Below are positions 40,358-50,611 of a stretch of DNA of 64,000 bases, piece after piece; position 1 is the first letter of the stretch; each line of letters starts with the position of its first letter. Source of the stretch: Pseudomonadota bacterium (lineage in GTDB: Bacteria > Pseudomonadota > Gammaproteobacteria > Burkholderiales > Thiobacillaceae); the NCBI GenBank assembly GCA_040753235.1, contig JBFMET010000014.1, positions 2,637 through 66,636 of the forward strand, written 5' to 3'. The notes under the pieces are model-generated. The model did not search any database. It worked only from the letters and a program-made list of their open reading frames with translations, and was not told where the DNA came from. A program made the translations under genes and the position numbers.

Positions 40358-40564
40358 CGGGGAATCCTTAGGGATGATATTTAGAAAATTACCGCTTACT
40401 AATAGCCAACGGCAGCGGGGCGCCATCCTTGAGGCCTGCGCGCAAAAAAAATCCGCGCCTGCCGGTAACACTTGGTAACACTGCGACCATTTAACATTTA
40501 CATTAGGGCGCCAGGCTGTTCACATGGCCGGCCCACCCGGCCAACACACAGGAGGAAAACACAC

Positions 40565-40840
40565 ATGACGACACGCTGGATCCATCCCGCCCTCGGCGCA
40601 CTGGCGTTCGCCGGCATCGCTGGCAGCGCGCACGCCGCCTGGGGGCACAGCGACTACGCCCATGTTCAGGCCTACCGGCATCTGGAGACTTTAGCGGCGC
40701 CCGGCCCGGCCAATCCAGGTGTTTTATTGAACGATCCCGTCACGATCCGTGCTTTCGATGAAGATTTCGCCGAAATTAGCAAACACCCGACGCGCAAGAC
40801 CAGGCGTTCCGGCCGCGCCGCGGATCCGGCCCGCAGCTGA
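40565..40840 (+). CDS. Small secreted hypothetical protein
   Basis: AGGAGG RBS, signal peptide ending SAHA/A; 91 aa. Confidence 0.5.
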   Translation: MTTRWIHPALGALAFAGIAGSAHAAWGHSDYAHVQAYRHLETLAAPGPANPGVLLNDPVTIRAFDEDFAEISKHPTRKTRRSGRAADPARS

Positions 40841-40904
40841 ACCCGGCCTGAACGACACGCCACTCCCCGCCATCCAATCACCACAACAACACCCGGAGAA
40901 CGCC

Positions 40905-41453
40905 ATGAAACTCGCCCTCGCCCTCTCGCTCGCCGCCCTGGCCGGCGCCGGCCCGGTTCTCGCCGACCCGCCCGCCCATGCGCCGGCGCACGGCTACTAC
41001 AAGGACAAGCACAATAAAAAGCACCACAAGGGCAGGAGCGGCGTCGTCTACGGCCACGACTACGGCATCGCGTCCGGTCGCTGCAACCGCGACGAAATCG
41101 GCACGGTGATCGGCGGCGTGACCGGCGCGGTGATCGGCGGCCAGGTCGCCGGCCGCGACGACCGCGTGGTCGGCATGGTCGTCGGCGGCGTCATCGGCGC
41201 GGTGCTCGGCCACGCCATCGGCGACGCCATGGACGAGCGCGACCGCGCCTGCATGGGCCACGCGCTGGAACTCGGCCGCACCGGGGTGCCGGTGGTGTGG
41301 ACCAGCGGCGGCCACCGCTACCATTTCACGCCGCGCGGCGACGCGCGCGACGGCTGCCGCTACGCCACCGTGAGGGTCGACGGCCGCCGGCCGAAGGACG
41401 TGCTGGCCTGCCCGTCCGGCCGCCGCGGGGAGTGGCATTTCCGCGGCGTCTGA
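40905..41453 (+). CDS. Glycine-zipper 2TM surface antigen-like protein
   Basis: Signal peptide, PPAHAPAHGY, glycine zipper GTVIGGVTGAVIGG...GAVLGHAIG, C-terminal W...CR...AC domain. Confidence 0.78.
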   Translation: MKLALALSLAALAGAGPVLADPPAHAPAHGYYKDKHNKKHHKGRSGVVYGHDYGIASGRCNRDEIGTVIGGVTGAVIGGQVAGRDDRVVGMVVGGVIGAVLGHAIGDAMDERDRACMGHALELGRTGVPVVWTSGGHRYHFTPRGDARDGCRYATVRVDGRRPKDVLACPSGRRGEWHFRGV

Positions 41454-41546
41454 TTCCGCTGCCTGATCCATCCGTGCCACGGGGCCGCCGCGCCAAGCCT
41501 GCTAAACTAGCGGCTTTGCGCACCGGCCCTTGTTTTGGCTGCCCCC

Positions 41547-42614
41547 ATGTCCGCTCTCAAGAACGATACCTTCCTGCGCGCGCTGCTGCGCCAGCCCACC
41601 GACTACACGCCGCTGTGGCTGATGCGCCAGGCCGGCCGCTACCTGCCCGAGTACAACGCCACCCGCGCGCGCGCCGGCGACTTCCTCACCCTGTGCAAGA
41701 CGCCGGACCTCGCCACCGAGGTGACGCTGCAGCCGCTGGCACGCTATCCGCTCGACGCCGCGATCCTGTTTTCCGACATCCTCACCGTGCCCGACGCAAT
41801 GGGCCTGGGCCTGTATTTCTCCGCCGGCGAGGGCCCGCGTTTCGAGCGCCCGCTGCGCGACGAATGGGAGATCCGCGATCTCTCGGCGCCCGATCCCAGC
41901 GACAAGCTCGGCTACGTGATGGATGCCGTCAGAAGCATCCGCCGCGCGCTCGACGGCGCGGTGCCGCTGATCGGCTTTTCCGGCAGCCCCTACACGCTCG
42001 CGTGCTACATGATCGAAGGCGGCAGCTCGGACGATTACCGCCACATCAAGACCCTGCTGTACCGCCGGCCGGATCTGCTGCACCGCATCCTCGAAGTGAA
42101 CACCCGCGCGGTGACCGACTACCTCAACGCGCAGATCGAGGCCGGCGCGCAGGCGGTGATGATTTTCGATTCCTGGGGCGGCAGCCTCACGCCCCATGCG
42201 TACCGGGAGTTCTCGCTCGCCTATATGGAGCAGATCGTCGCCGGCCTCATCAAGGAACGCGAAGGCCGCCGCGTGCCGAGCATCGTCTTCACCAAGGGCG
42301 GCGGCAACTGGCTCGACGCCATCGCGGCCTGCGGCGCCGACGCCGTCGGCCTCGACTGGACGGTCGACATCGGCGACGTACGTCGCCGGATCGGCGATCG
42401 GGTCGCGTTGCAGGGCAACCTCGACCCCTGCGCGCTGCACGGCACGCCGGAGAGCATCCGCGCCGAGGTGCACCGCATCGTCCACAGCTACGGCAACCAC
42501 CCCGGCCACGTGTTCAACCTCGGCCACGGCATTTCGCAGTTCACCGACCCCGACAACGTCGCGGTGCTGGTCGAGGCGGTGCACAGCATGAGCCGCGCCG
42601 TGCGCCTCGGCTGA
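41547..42614 (+). CDS. hemE: Uroporphyrinogen decarboxylase
   Basis: [37 protein letters not shown]. Confidence 0.97.
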   Translation: MSALKNDTFLRALLRQPTDYTPLWLMRQAGRYLPEYNATRARAGDFLTLCKTPDLATEVTLQPLARYPLDAAILFSDILTVPDAMGLGLYFSAGEGPRFERPLRDEWEIRDLSAPDPSDKLGYVMDAVRSIRRALDGAVPLIGFSGSPYTLACYMIEGGSSDDYRHIKTLLYRRPDLLHRILEVNTRAVTDYLNAQIEAGAQAVMIFDSWGGSLTPHAYREFSLAYMEQIVAGLIKEREGRRVPSIVFTKGGGNWLDAIAACGADAVGLDWTVDIGDVRRRIGDRVALQGNLDPCALHGTPESIRAEVHRIVHSYGNHPGHVFNLGHGISQFTDPDNVAVLVEAVHSMSRAVRLG

Positions 42615-42677
42615 GGCGAACCTTTTCCGTTTTTCCCTGACTATCAGCAGTCGTCATTTCATTTGCGAGGCATTTCC

Positions 42678-43511
42678 ATGAAAACCTTCCTGATCAGCCT
42701 GTTCGCCGTCGTGCTGTCCTTCGGCTTCGTCGCCCCCGAGGCCGAAGCCAAGCGCATGGGCGGCGGCAAGTCCTTCGGCATGCAGCGCAGCGCGCCCGCC
42801 AAGCAGGACGCCGCCCCCGCGCCGCAGCGCCAGCAGCAGGCCGGCGCGCCGGCGCAGGCCGCGCCGCAAAAGCGCAGTTGGATGGGGCCGATCGCGGGTC
42901 TCGCCGCCGGCCTCGGCCTCGCCGCGCTGTTCTCCCACCTCGGCCTGGGCGAGGAAATGGCCAACTTCCTGATGCTGGCGCTGCTGGCCTTCGCCGCATT
43001 CATGCTGTTCCGCTTCTTCATGCGCCGCAACGCGCCGCAGCCGGCGATGCAGTACGCCGGCATGCCGAACGCCGGGCAGCGCGCCGCCTTCGATCCGCTG
43101 CCGGGTGCGCCCGCCGCCGCCAGCCGCGTCGCGCAGGCCTTCCCGCCCGGCTTCGACGCCGCCGGCTTCGCGCGCGAGGCCAAGGTCAACTTCATCCGCC
43201 TGCAGGCCGCGTTCGACGCCGGCAACCTCGACGATCTGCGCAGCTTTACCTCGCCCGAAGTCTTCGGCGAACTGTCGATGCAGATCGCCGAGCGCGGCGC
43301 CGGCACCCAGAGCACCGACGTCGTGCACGTCGACGCCGAAGTGCTGGAAGCGCTCGACGAGGCCGACCGCCATGTCGTCAGCGTGCGCTTCACCGGGCTC
43401 GTTCGCGAGGCCGACGGCGAGGCCGCCCACCCCTTCGACGAGGTCTGGCACCTCGTCAAACCGGCTTCCGGCCCCGGCGGCTGGACCATCGCCGGCATCC
43501 AGCAGGCCTAA
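42678..43511 (+). CDS. Tim44-like domain protein
   Basis: AEAKRMGGGKSFG, GPIAGLAAGLGLAAL, FIRLQAAFD, FDEVWHL. Confidence 0.88.
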   Translation: MKTFLISLFAVVLSFGFVAPEAEAKRMGGGKSFGMQRSAPAKQDAAPAPQRQQQAGAPAQAAPQKRSWMGPIAGLAAGLGLAALFSHLGLGEEMANFLMLALLAFAAFMLFRFFMRRNAPQPAMQYAGMPNAGQRAAFDPLPGAPAAASRVAQAFPPGFDAAGFAREAKVNFIRLQAAFDAGNLDDLRSFTSPEVFGELSMQIAERGAGTQSTDVVHVDAEVLEALDEADRHVVSVRFTGLVREADGEAAHPFDEVWHLVKPASGPGGWTIAGIQQA

Positions 43512-43530
43512 ACGCCTGATTCGACAAGGC

Positions 43531-43555
43531 TTTGCGCCCCAATCCGGGGCGCAAA
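43531..43555. terminator. Stem-loop after the Tim44 gene
   Basis: TTTGCGCCCC-AATCC-GGGGCGCAAA. Confidence 0.55.
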
Positions 43556-43586
43556 ACGCCGTCGCGCCGGGCATAGAAGCATTGAC

Positions 43587-43807
43587 TTATGCACAGTTTC
43601 GGCGCAGGGGGGCTTTTTTTGCGTCAAGCGCTTGACAGCACGCGTATGTTTATAAGTCTTTGATCAAAAAGAGACTTGTGCTTTGCCTGCTTTTTGGTCG
43701 CCCGCCCGTGACGACGCTGCGACGGGCTTTGTGGACTTTTCCAGCCCGTTCGCCCACAAAATTATCCACAGAATCTGTGGGCAAACCCGAATTCACCATT
43801 TACCACA
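43587..43807. promoter_or_regulatory. DnaA-box cluster with AT-rich segment
   Basis: TTATGCACA 43587, TTATCCACA 43762, TGTGGGCAA 43776, TTTACCACA 43799. Confidence 0.6.
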
Positions 43808-43919
43808 GCCACTTGGGGGCCATTCCGAGAAACCCGGTCAGAAGAGTCGGCTAAGCACCGGTCACGCCGCCGCCGGGGTTTGGGCATAATCCCGGTCATC
43901 CCCGTTCATGCCCCATTCC

Positions 43920-46088
43920 ATGCCCGTCCGCCTCCAGGTCGCCCTCGACGCGCCGCTCGACCGGCTGTTCGACTATCGCCTGGCCGACGGTCCCGTGCCT
44001 CCCGGCACGCTGGTCGAAGTGCCCTTCGGCCGCACCCGCCAGGTCGGCGTCGCGCTGGGCGAAGCCGACGACGACGCGGTCCACCCCGACAAGCTGCGCG
44101 ACGTGCTGCGCGTGCTCGACGACCGCCCGGCGCTGCCCGCCGAACTGCTGCGTCTGGCGCAGTTCTGCGCCGACTACTACCAGCATCCGCTCGGCGCGGT
44201 GCTGCTCGCCGCGCTGCCGCCGCGACTGCGGAACGCAGCGCCCTTCGCCGCCGACACGCCCTGGCTCGCCGTCACCGCCGCCGGCCGCGAGACCGAACTG
44301 CCGGCGCGCGCGAAGGCGCAGCGCGCGCTGCTCGACGCCTTGCGCGCGGCACCGCAGGCACGCGAGACGCTGCGCGCGCAGAAGCAGACGCGCCACGCCG
44401 CCGCGCTCGTCGCCGCCGGCTGGGCCCAGTGGACGCGCGAACCGCCCGCCGTCGCCACGCCGCCGACTGCGCCGGCGCCCGCCGCCACCCCCGAACAGCA
44501 GGCCGCGCTCGACGCGCTGCTGCCCGCGCTCGGCAGCTTCGGCGTGCATCTCGTCCACGGCGTCACCGGCAGCGGCAAGACCGAGGTCTACCTGCGCCTG
44601 ATCGATGCGGTGCTCGGCCAGGGCCGGCAGGTCTTGGTGCTGGTGCCGGAAATCGCCCTCACGCCGCAGCTCGAACAGCATTTCCGCGCGCGCTTTCCGG
44701 GCCGGCGCATCCTCGCCCTGCACAGCGGGCTCGCCGACAAGGAACGCGCGGAAAACTGGCTCGCGGCGCCGGACGGCGACGTGCTGCTCGGCACCCGGCT
44801 CGCGGTGTTCGCGCCGCTGCCAAGGCTGGGGCTGATCGTCGTCGACGAGGAACACGACGGCTCGTTCAAGCAGCAGGACGGGCTGCGCTATTCGGCGCGC
44901 GACGTCGCCATCGCGCGCGCCAAGCAGCGCGGCGTGCCGGTGCTGCTCGGCTCGGCGACGCCGTCGCTGGAAAGCTATGCGCAGGCATTGCACGGCCGCT
45001 ACCGCCTGATCGAGCTGAATCAGCGCGCGGTCAGCAGCGCACGCCTGCCGGACATCGAGCTCATCGACCTCAAGCACATACCGCTCGACAACGGCCTCAC
45101 CCGCCCGGCGCTCACCGCCCTGAACGAAACCCTGGCGCGCGGCGAGCAGAGCCTGGTCTTCCTCAATCGCCGCGGCTATGCGCCGGCGCTGTACTGCCCG
45201 AGCTGCGCCTGGGTGGCGCCGTGTCCGAGCTGTTCGGCGCGGCTGGTGTTCCACCGCGCCACGCCTCACTCAACCCGGTCCCACCGCCTGAAATGCCACC
45301 ACTGCGGGTACGAGGCGCGCATCCCGCACGAATGCCCGAACTGCGGCGAACCCGATCTCAAGCCGCTCGGCCAGGGCACGCAGCGGCTGGAGGAAACGCT
45401 CGCCGGCTTCCTGCCCGCCGCACGCATCCGCCGCATCGACCGCGACACCATGCGCCCGCGCGCCTGGGCCGAACTCGGCGACGCGGTGCGCGCGCGCGAG
45501 GTCGACATCCTCGTCGGCACCCAGATGCTGGCAAAAGGCCACGACTTCCCCGACATGACGCTGGCCTTGATCCTCGACACCGACGGCGCGCTCTACAGCC
45601 CCGACTTCCGCGCGACCGAACGCCTGTTCGCGCAGCTGATGCAGGTGGCGGGGCGCGCCGGACGCGCCGACAAGCCGGGACGCGTGCTGATCCAGACGGC
45701 GTTTCCCGACCATCCGCTGTTCCGCTACCTGCAGCGCCACGACTACGCCGGCTACGCGCGCGAACTGCTCGCCGAGCGCCGCCAGCTCGACCTGCCGCCG
45801 TTCACGCGCCAGGTGCTGCTGCGCGCCGAGGCGACGACCATGGATGCCGCGCTCGCCTTCCTGCAGCGCGCCGCCGCGCTGGCGCCCGCGACGCCGGGCG
45901 TGACCGCGTTCAACCCCCTGCCCGCGCCGATGGCGCGCGTCGCCAACCTCGAACGCGCGCAGCTTTTGCTCCAGTCGCCCTCGCGCCAGGCGCTGCACGC
46001 CTGCGTGCGCGCCTGGCGCCCGCTGCTGGAAACCATCAAACCGCGCATCGCGCGCTGGTCGCTCGACGTCGATCCGCTGGTGTTCTGA
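43920..46088 (+). CDS. priA: Primosomal protein N'
   Basis: HGVTGSGKTEVY, VDEEHD, GSATPSLE, LNRRGYA, four CxxC, GTQMLAKGHDFP, QVAGRAGR. Confidence 0.97.
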   Translation: MPVRLQVALDAPLDRLFDYRLADGPVPPGTLVEVPFGRTRQVGVALGEADDDAVHPDKLRDVLRVLDDRPALPAELLRLAQFCADYYQHPLGAVLLAALPPRLRNAAPFAADTPWLAVTAAGRETELPARAKAQRALLDALRAAPQARETLRAQKQTRHAAALVAAGWAQWTREPPAVATPPTAPAPAATPEQQAALDALLPALGSFGVHLVHGVTGSGKTEVYLRLIDAVLGQGRQVLVLVPEIALTPQLEQHFRARFPGRRILALHSGLADKERAENWLAAPDGDVLLGTRLAVFAPLPRLGLIVVDEEHDGSFKQQDGLRYSARDVAIARAKQRGVPVLLGSATPSLESYAQALHGRYRLIELNQRAVSSARLPDIELIDLKHIPLDNGLTRPALTALNETLARGEQSLVFLNRRGYAPALYCPSCAWVAPCPSCSARLVFHRATPHSTRSHRLKCHHCGYEARIPHECPNCGEPDLKPLGQGTQRLEETLAGFLPAARIRRIDRDTMRPRAWAELGDAVRAREVDILVGTQMLAKGHDFPDMTLALILDTDGALYSPDFRATERLFAQLMQVAGRAGRADKPGRVLIQTAFPDHPLFRYLQRHDYAGYARELLAERRQLDLPPFTRQVLLRAEATTMDAALAFLQRAAALAPATPGVTAFNPLPAPMARVANLERAQLLLQSPSRQALHACVRAWRPLLETIKPRIARWSLDVDPLVF

Positions 46089-46186
46089 GGCCGGCGCGCG
46101 TTTGGCCGCCCCGCGCGCGGCGCATATAATCGCGGACTACCCGTTCGACACGTGAAGACCTGCGTCTTCCGGCCCGTTTTGCCCAC

Positions 46187-47860
46187 ATGTCCAGCCTGCA
46201 CCCGCTCAAAGAACAACTCGGTCTCCTGATCGCCGCCGCGCTTGAAACGGTGGCGCCGGATGCGCCCGTCAGCCTCGAAATCGAGCGCCCGAAAAACGCG
46301 TCGCACGGCGACTTTTCCAGCAACGCCGCGATGCAGCTCGCGCGCCCGCTGAAGCAGAACCCGCGCGAGCTGGCGCAGAAGCTCCTCCTCGAACTGCCGA
46401 AATCGCCGCTCGTGGCCAAGGCCGAGATCGCCGGTGCCGGCTTCATCAATTTCCATCTGGCCCCGGCCGCGTGGCACGGCATCGTGCGGCGCGTGCGCAG
46501 CGAGGGCGCGGCGTTCGGCCGCGGCGACGCCGGCCAGGGGCATCGCGTGCTGGTCGAGTTCGTCTCGGCCAACCCCACCGGCCCGCTGCACGTCGGCCAC
46601 GGCCGCCAGGCCGCGCTCGGCGACGCGATCTGCAACCTCTACGCGGCGCAGGGCTGGGACGTTCATCGCGAGTTCTACTACAACGACGCCGGGGTGCAGA
46701 TCGCGACGCTCGCCAACAGCGTGCAGGCGCGCGCCAAGGGTCTGAAACCGGGCGACGCCGACTGGCCGGAAGCCGCGTACAACGGCGACTACATCGCCGA
46801 CATCGCCGCCGACTTCCTGGCGAAGAAGACGGTGAAAGCGGACGACCGCGAAACCACCGCGTCGGGCGACGTGAACGATCTGGATTCGATCCGCCAGTTC
46901 GCCGTCGCCTACCTGCGCCACGAGCAGGACCTCGACCTGACGGCCTTCGCGGTGCGCTTCGACCACTACTACCTGGAATCGAGCCTCTACACCAACGGCC
47001 GCGTCGAAGCGACGGTGCAGAAGCTGGTCGCCGCCGGCAAGACCTACGAGCAGGACGGCGCGCTGTGGCTGCGCACCACCGACTACGGCGACGACAAGGA
47101 CCGCGTGATGCGGAAATCCGACGGCACCTACACCTATTTCGTGCCCGACGTCGCCTACCACCTCGCCAAGTGGGAGCGCGGCTATGAGCGCGCGATCAAC
47201 ATCCAGGGCACCGACCATCACGGCACCATCGCGCGGGTGCGTGCCGGCATCCAGGCGGTCGGCCTCGGCATCGCACAGGGCTACCCCGACTACCTGCTGC
47301 ACACCATGGTGCGCGTGATGCGCGGCGGCGAAGAGGTGAAGATCTCCAAGCGCGCCGGCAGCTACGTCACGCTGCGCGACCTCATCGAGTGGACCAGCAA
47401 GGACGCGGTGCGCTTCTTCCTGCTCTCGCGCAAGCCGGACACCGAATACATCTTCGACGTCGACCTCGCGCTGGCGAAGAACAACGACAACCCGGTGTAC
47501 TACGTGCAGTACGCGCACGCACGCATCTGCCGCGTGTTCGAGGAATGGGGCGGCACAACGGATGCGCTCGATGCCGCCGACCTCGCGCCGCTCACCGCGC
47601 CGCACGAACTCGCGCTGATGCAGCGCATCGCCGAGTACCCGGAAGTCGTTGCCGCCGCCGCGAAGGAGCTGGCGCCGCATCTCGTCGTGCACTACCTGCA
47701 GGGACTCGCCGGCGACTTCCACGCCTGGTACAACGCCGAAAAATTCCTCGTCGACGATGAAGCGCCCCGGCTCGCCCGCCTCGCGCTCGCCGACGCCACC
47801 CGCATCGCGATCGTCAGCGGGCTGGGCTTGCTCGGCGTGTCGGCGCCGGAGAAAATGTAG
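46187..47860 (+). CDS. argS: Arginine--tRNA ligase
   Basis: [38 protein letters not shown]. Confidence 0.97.
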   Translation: MSSLHPLKEQLGLLIAAALETVAPDAPVSLEIERPKNASHGDFSSNAAMQLARPLKQNPRELAQKLLLELPKSPLVAKAEIAGAGFINFHLAPAAWHGIVRRVRSEGAAFGRGDAGQGHRVLVEFVSANPTGPLHVGHGRQAALGDAICNLYAAQGWDVHREFYYNDAGVQIATLANSVQARAKGLKPGDADWPEAAYNGDYIADIAADFLAKKTVKADDRETTASGDVNDLDSIRQFAVAYLRHEQDLDLTAFAVRFDHYYLESSLYTNGRVEATVQKLVAAGKTYEQDGALWLRTTDYGDDKDRVMRKSDGTYTYFVPDVAYHLAKWERGYERAINIQGTDHHGTIARVRAGIQAVGLGIAQGYPDYLLHTMVRVMRGGEEVKISKRAGSYVTLRDLIEWTSKDAVRFFLLSRKPDTEYIFDVDLALAKNNDNPVYYVQYAHARICRVFEEWGGTTDALDAADLAPLTAPHELALMQRIAEYPEVVAAAAKELAPHLVVHYLQGLAGDFHAWYNAEKFLVDDEAPRLARLALADATRIAIVSGLGLLGVSAPEKM

Positions 47861-47862
47861 CC

Positions 47863-48399
47863 ATGGCCCAATCCGCTTCCCGCAATTCCGGCCGCTCGGG
47901 CGGCAGCTCCGTCATGGCCGGCGTGCTGATCGGCCTTGCCATCGCCGCCGCACTCGCCGTCGGCCTCGCGCTGTGGGTCACCGGCAACAACCCCTTCAAG
48001 GCCGCCGACCCGGCGCCCGCACCGGCGACCGCGCCGACCGCGGCGGTCGCGTCCGAACCCGAGCCCGCGCCGAGCTTCGACTTCTACAAGGTGCTGCCGG
48101 GCGACGCACCCGCCGAACTGCCGGCCGCGCCCGCCGCGCCGGCATTGCGCTACTACCTGCAGGCCGGCGCGTTCCAGAACCCGGCGGACGCCGACAACCT
48201 GAAGGCGCAACTCGCGCTGCTCGGCATCGAGGCGGTGATCCAGACGAGCGAGGTGGCGGACAAGGGCATTTTCCACCGCGTGCGCATCGGTCCCCTCGAT
48301 GCCATGAGCGAGGTCGAGCGCACCCGCGGTCTGCTGACCCAGAACAATATCCCGGCCACGCTGGTCAAAGAAGTTCCCTCAACACAGGAGACGCCTTGA
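47863..48399 (+). CDS. SPOR domain cell division protein (FtsN-like)
   Basis: N-terminal TM, FDFYKVLP, YYLQAGAF...HRVRIGP; argS-SPOR-dsbA synteny. Confidence 0.85.
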   Translation: MAQSASRNSGRSGGSSVMAGVLIGLAIAAALAVGLALWVTGNNPFKAADPAPAPATAPTAAVASEPEPAPSFDFYKVLPGDAPAELPAAPAAPALRYYLQAGAFQNPADADNLKAQLALLGIEAVIQTSEVADKGIFHRVRIGPLDAMSEVERTRGLLTQNNIPATLVKEVPSTQETP

Positions 48400-49046
48400 T
48401 GTTCACCCGCGCACTGGCCCTGATGGCCGCCGCCATGCTGTCCTTTTCCGCCTTCGCCGCCGGCCCCGAAGCCTTCGAAGGCCACGACTACGCCCGGGTG
48501 AAGGCCCAGCCGGTCGCGACCGGCAACAAGATCGAGGTGCTGGAATTCTTCTGGTACCGCTGCCCGCACTGCTTCCAGCTCGAGCCCGCGCTCAACACCT
48601 GGCTGAAAACGCTGCCCAAGGACGCCCAGGTGCGTCGCGTGCCGGCGGTATTCCGCCCCGACTGGATGCCCGGTGCCAAGCTCTACTACACGCTGGAGCA
48701 GATGAACCTGCTGGGCCGCCTGCACGACAAGGTGTTCGACGCCTACCACGTCGGGAACATCAACCTCAACGACCCCAAAATCCTCGGCGACTGGATTGCC
48801 AAGCAGGGCGTCGACCGCAAGCAGTTCGAAAGCCTCTACAACTCGTTCTCGATCCAGTCGAAAGCGACGCAGGGCGCGCAGCTGGCGACCGCCTACGGCA
48901 TCAACGGCGTGCCCTCCTTCATCATCGACGGCAAGTACAACACCTCGGTGTCGATGGCCGGCAGCCAGGCCCGCCTGTTCGAGGTGCTCGACCAACTCAT
49001 CGTCAAGGCGCGTGCCGAACGCGCCGCCAAGAAGCCGGCGAAGTAA
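48399..49046 (+). CDS. dsbA: Thiol:disulfide interchange protein DsbA
   Basis: Signal peptide, EFFWYRCPHC, GINGVPSF. Confidence 0.92.
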   Translation: MFTRALALMAAAMLSFSAFAAGPEAFEGHDYARVKAQPVATGNKIEVLEFFWYRCPHCFQLEPALNTWLKTLPKDAQVRRVPAVFRPDWMPGAKLYYTLEQMNLLGRLHDKVFDAYHVGNINLNDPKILGDWIAKQGVDRKQFESLYNSFSIQSKATQGAQLATAYGINGVPSFIIDGKYNTSVSMAGSQARLFEVLDQLIVKARAERAAKKPAK

Positions 49047-49051
49047 GCCTG

Positions 49052-49816
49052 TTGCCGACCGCCCCGCTCAAGGTCTTTATTACCGGCGCGAGTTCCGGTC
49101 TCGGCGCCGCGCTCGCCCGCCACTACGGCGCGCAGGGCGCGCGGCTCGGCCTCGCCGGCCGCCGCCGCGACGCGCTCGAAGCCAGCGCGGCCGGGCTCGA
49201 CGCCCGCTGCTACGTCGCCGACGTGCGCGATGCGGCCGCCATGCAGGCGGCGGCGGCAAGCTTTCTCGACGAAGTCGGCGCGCCCGACATCGTGATCGCC
49301 GCGGCCGGCATCAGCGTCGGCACGCTGACCGACGCGGCCGACGACCTGCCGGTGTTCCGTGCCGTGATGGACGCCAACGTGCTGGGGCTGGTGCACACCT
49401 TCCACCCCTTTGTCGGCGCCATGCAGGCGGGCGGCGTGCTGTGCGGCATCTCCAGCGTCGCCGGCGTGCGCGGGCTGGCCGGCGGCGGCGCCTACTCGGC
49501 GTCGAAGGCCGCGGCCACGGTCTATCTGGAATCGCTGCGGCTGGAACTGCAGCCGCGCGGTCTCGCCGTCGTCACGGTCGCGCCGGGTTACATCGACACG
49601 CCCATGACCCGCGTCAACCCCTACGCCATGCCGTTCAAGCTGTCCGCCGAAACGGCCGCTATCAAGACCGCACGCTGCATCGAACGCCGCCGCGCCTACG
49701 CGGTCATTCCCTGGCAGATGGGCTGGGTCGCCCGCCTGCTGAAATGGCTGCCGATTCCGGTTTATGATGCGTTGTTCCGGAACGCACCGCGCAAGCCACG
49801 CGGCCTGCCGACCTAG
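49052..49816 (+). CDS. Short-chain dehydrogenase/reductase
   Basis: ITGASSGLG, YSASK, PGYIDT. Confidence 0.9.
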   Translation: MPTAPLKVFITGASSGLGAALARHYGAQGARLGLAGRRRDALEASAAGLDARCYVADVRDAAAMQAAAASFLDEVGAPDIVIAAAGISVGTLTDAADDLPVFRAVMDANVLGLVHTFHPFVGAMQAGGVLCGISSVAGVRGLAGGGAYSASKAAATVYLESLRLELQPRGLAVVTVAPGYIDTPMTRVNPYAMPFKLSAETAAIKTARCIERRRAYAVIPWQMGWVARLLKWLPIPVYDALFRNAPRKPRGLPT

Positions 49817-49848
49817 AATTACATAATCAAATTTGCTGTGGAGCAGAC

Positions 49849-50481
49849 ATGGCCAACCCCCTGAACATTATCCTCATCGACGACCACCCCCTGCTGCGCA
49901 TGGGCGTGGCCGGCTACATCGAGCAGGAAGCCGACCTCAAGCTCGTCGCGCAAATGGCCAACGCCGCCGAGCTGCGCACCTGGCTCGCCGCCGGCAACAA
50001 GGCCGACGCCGCCCTGCTCGACCGCTCGCTGCCCGACGCCGACGGCCTCGACCTCGTCTCCGACCTGCGCGACCTCGGCATCAAGGTCATCATGCTCACC
50101 ATCGCCGATTCCGACGAGGAAATCTCCGAAGCCATCTCCTCCGGCGTCGACGGCTACGTCGTCAAGTCCAGCGACCCCGAGCAGGTGCTCGCCGCCATCC
50201 GCAGCGTGTGCGACGGCCAGAGCAGCTTCCCGCTCAACATCATGCAGAAAATGGCGCGCGGCGAACTCAACAACAGGGCCTTGTCCGCACTGACCGCGCG
50301 CGAGATGGAAATCGTCAACCACGTGAAGGAAGGCCTCTCCAACAAGGCCATCGCCTACCAGATGACGCTGTCGGAAAACACCGTGCGCAACCACCTGCGC
50401 AACATCATGGAAAAGCTGGGCCTGCGCAACCGCGTACAGGTCGCGACGCTGGCGCTGAAGGAAGACCAGAAGCGGCATTGA
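49849..50481 (+). CDS. NarL/LuxR-family response regulator (no adjacent kinase)
   Basis: LIDDHPLLR, LLDRSLPD, LTAREMEIV...GLSNKAIA...SENTVRNH. Confidence 0.9.
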   Translation: MANPLNIILIDDHPLLRMGVAGYIEQEADLKLVAQMANAAELRTWLAAGNKADAALLDRSLPDADGLDLVSDLRDLGIKVIMLTIADSDEEISEAISSGVDGYVVKSSDPEQVLAAIRSVCDGQSSFPLNIMQKMARGELNNRALSALTAREMEIVNHVKEGLSNKAIAYQMTLSENTVRNHLRNIMEKLGLRNRVQVATLALKEDQKRH

Positions 50482-50499
50482 GTTCGGCTTACTCCACAG

Positions 50500-50530
50500 A
50501 AAAAAGCGCGGTCGAAGCCGCGCTTTTTTT
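50500..50530. terminator. Bidirectional rho-independent terminator
   Basis: AAAAAAGCGCGG-TCGAAG-CCGCGCTTTTTT. Confidence 0.85.
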
Positions 50531-50611
50531 ACGGGACAAGGCAGGCGCATAATCCGCATGCGCCTGTCTCTTTATTTAAAAACGTCCGGGCCCACGGGGC
50601 CTTGATTAGCT

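Noticed and set aside
43632-43656. TTGACA...TATAAG promoter in the DnaA-box region
   Set aside because: The spacer is only 13 nt.
46140-46160. parS-like site (ACACGTGAAG), and TGTTTCACG at 20851
   Set aside because: Neither matches the 16-bp TGTTTCACGTGAAACA palindrome on both arms.
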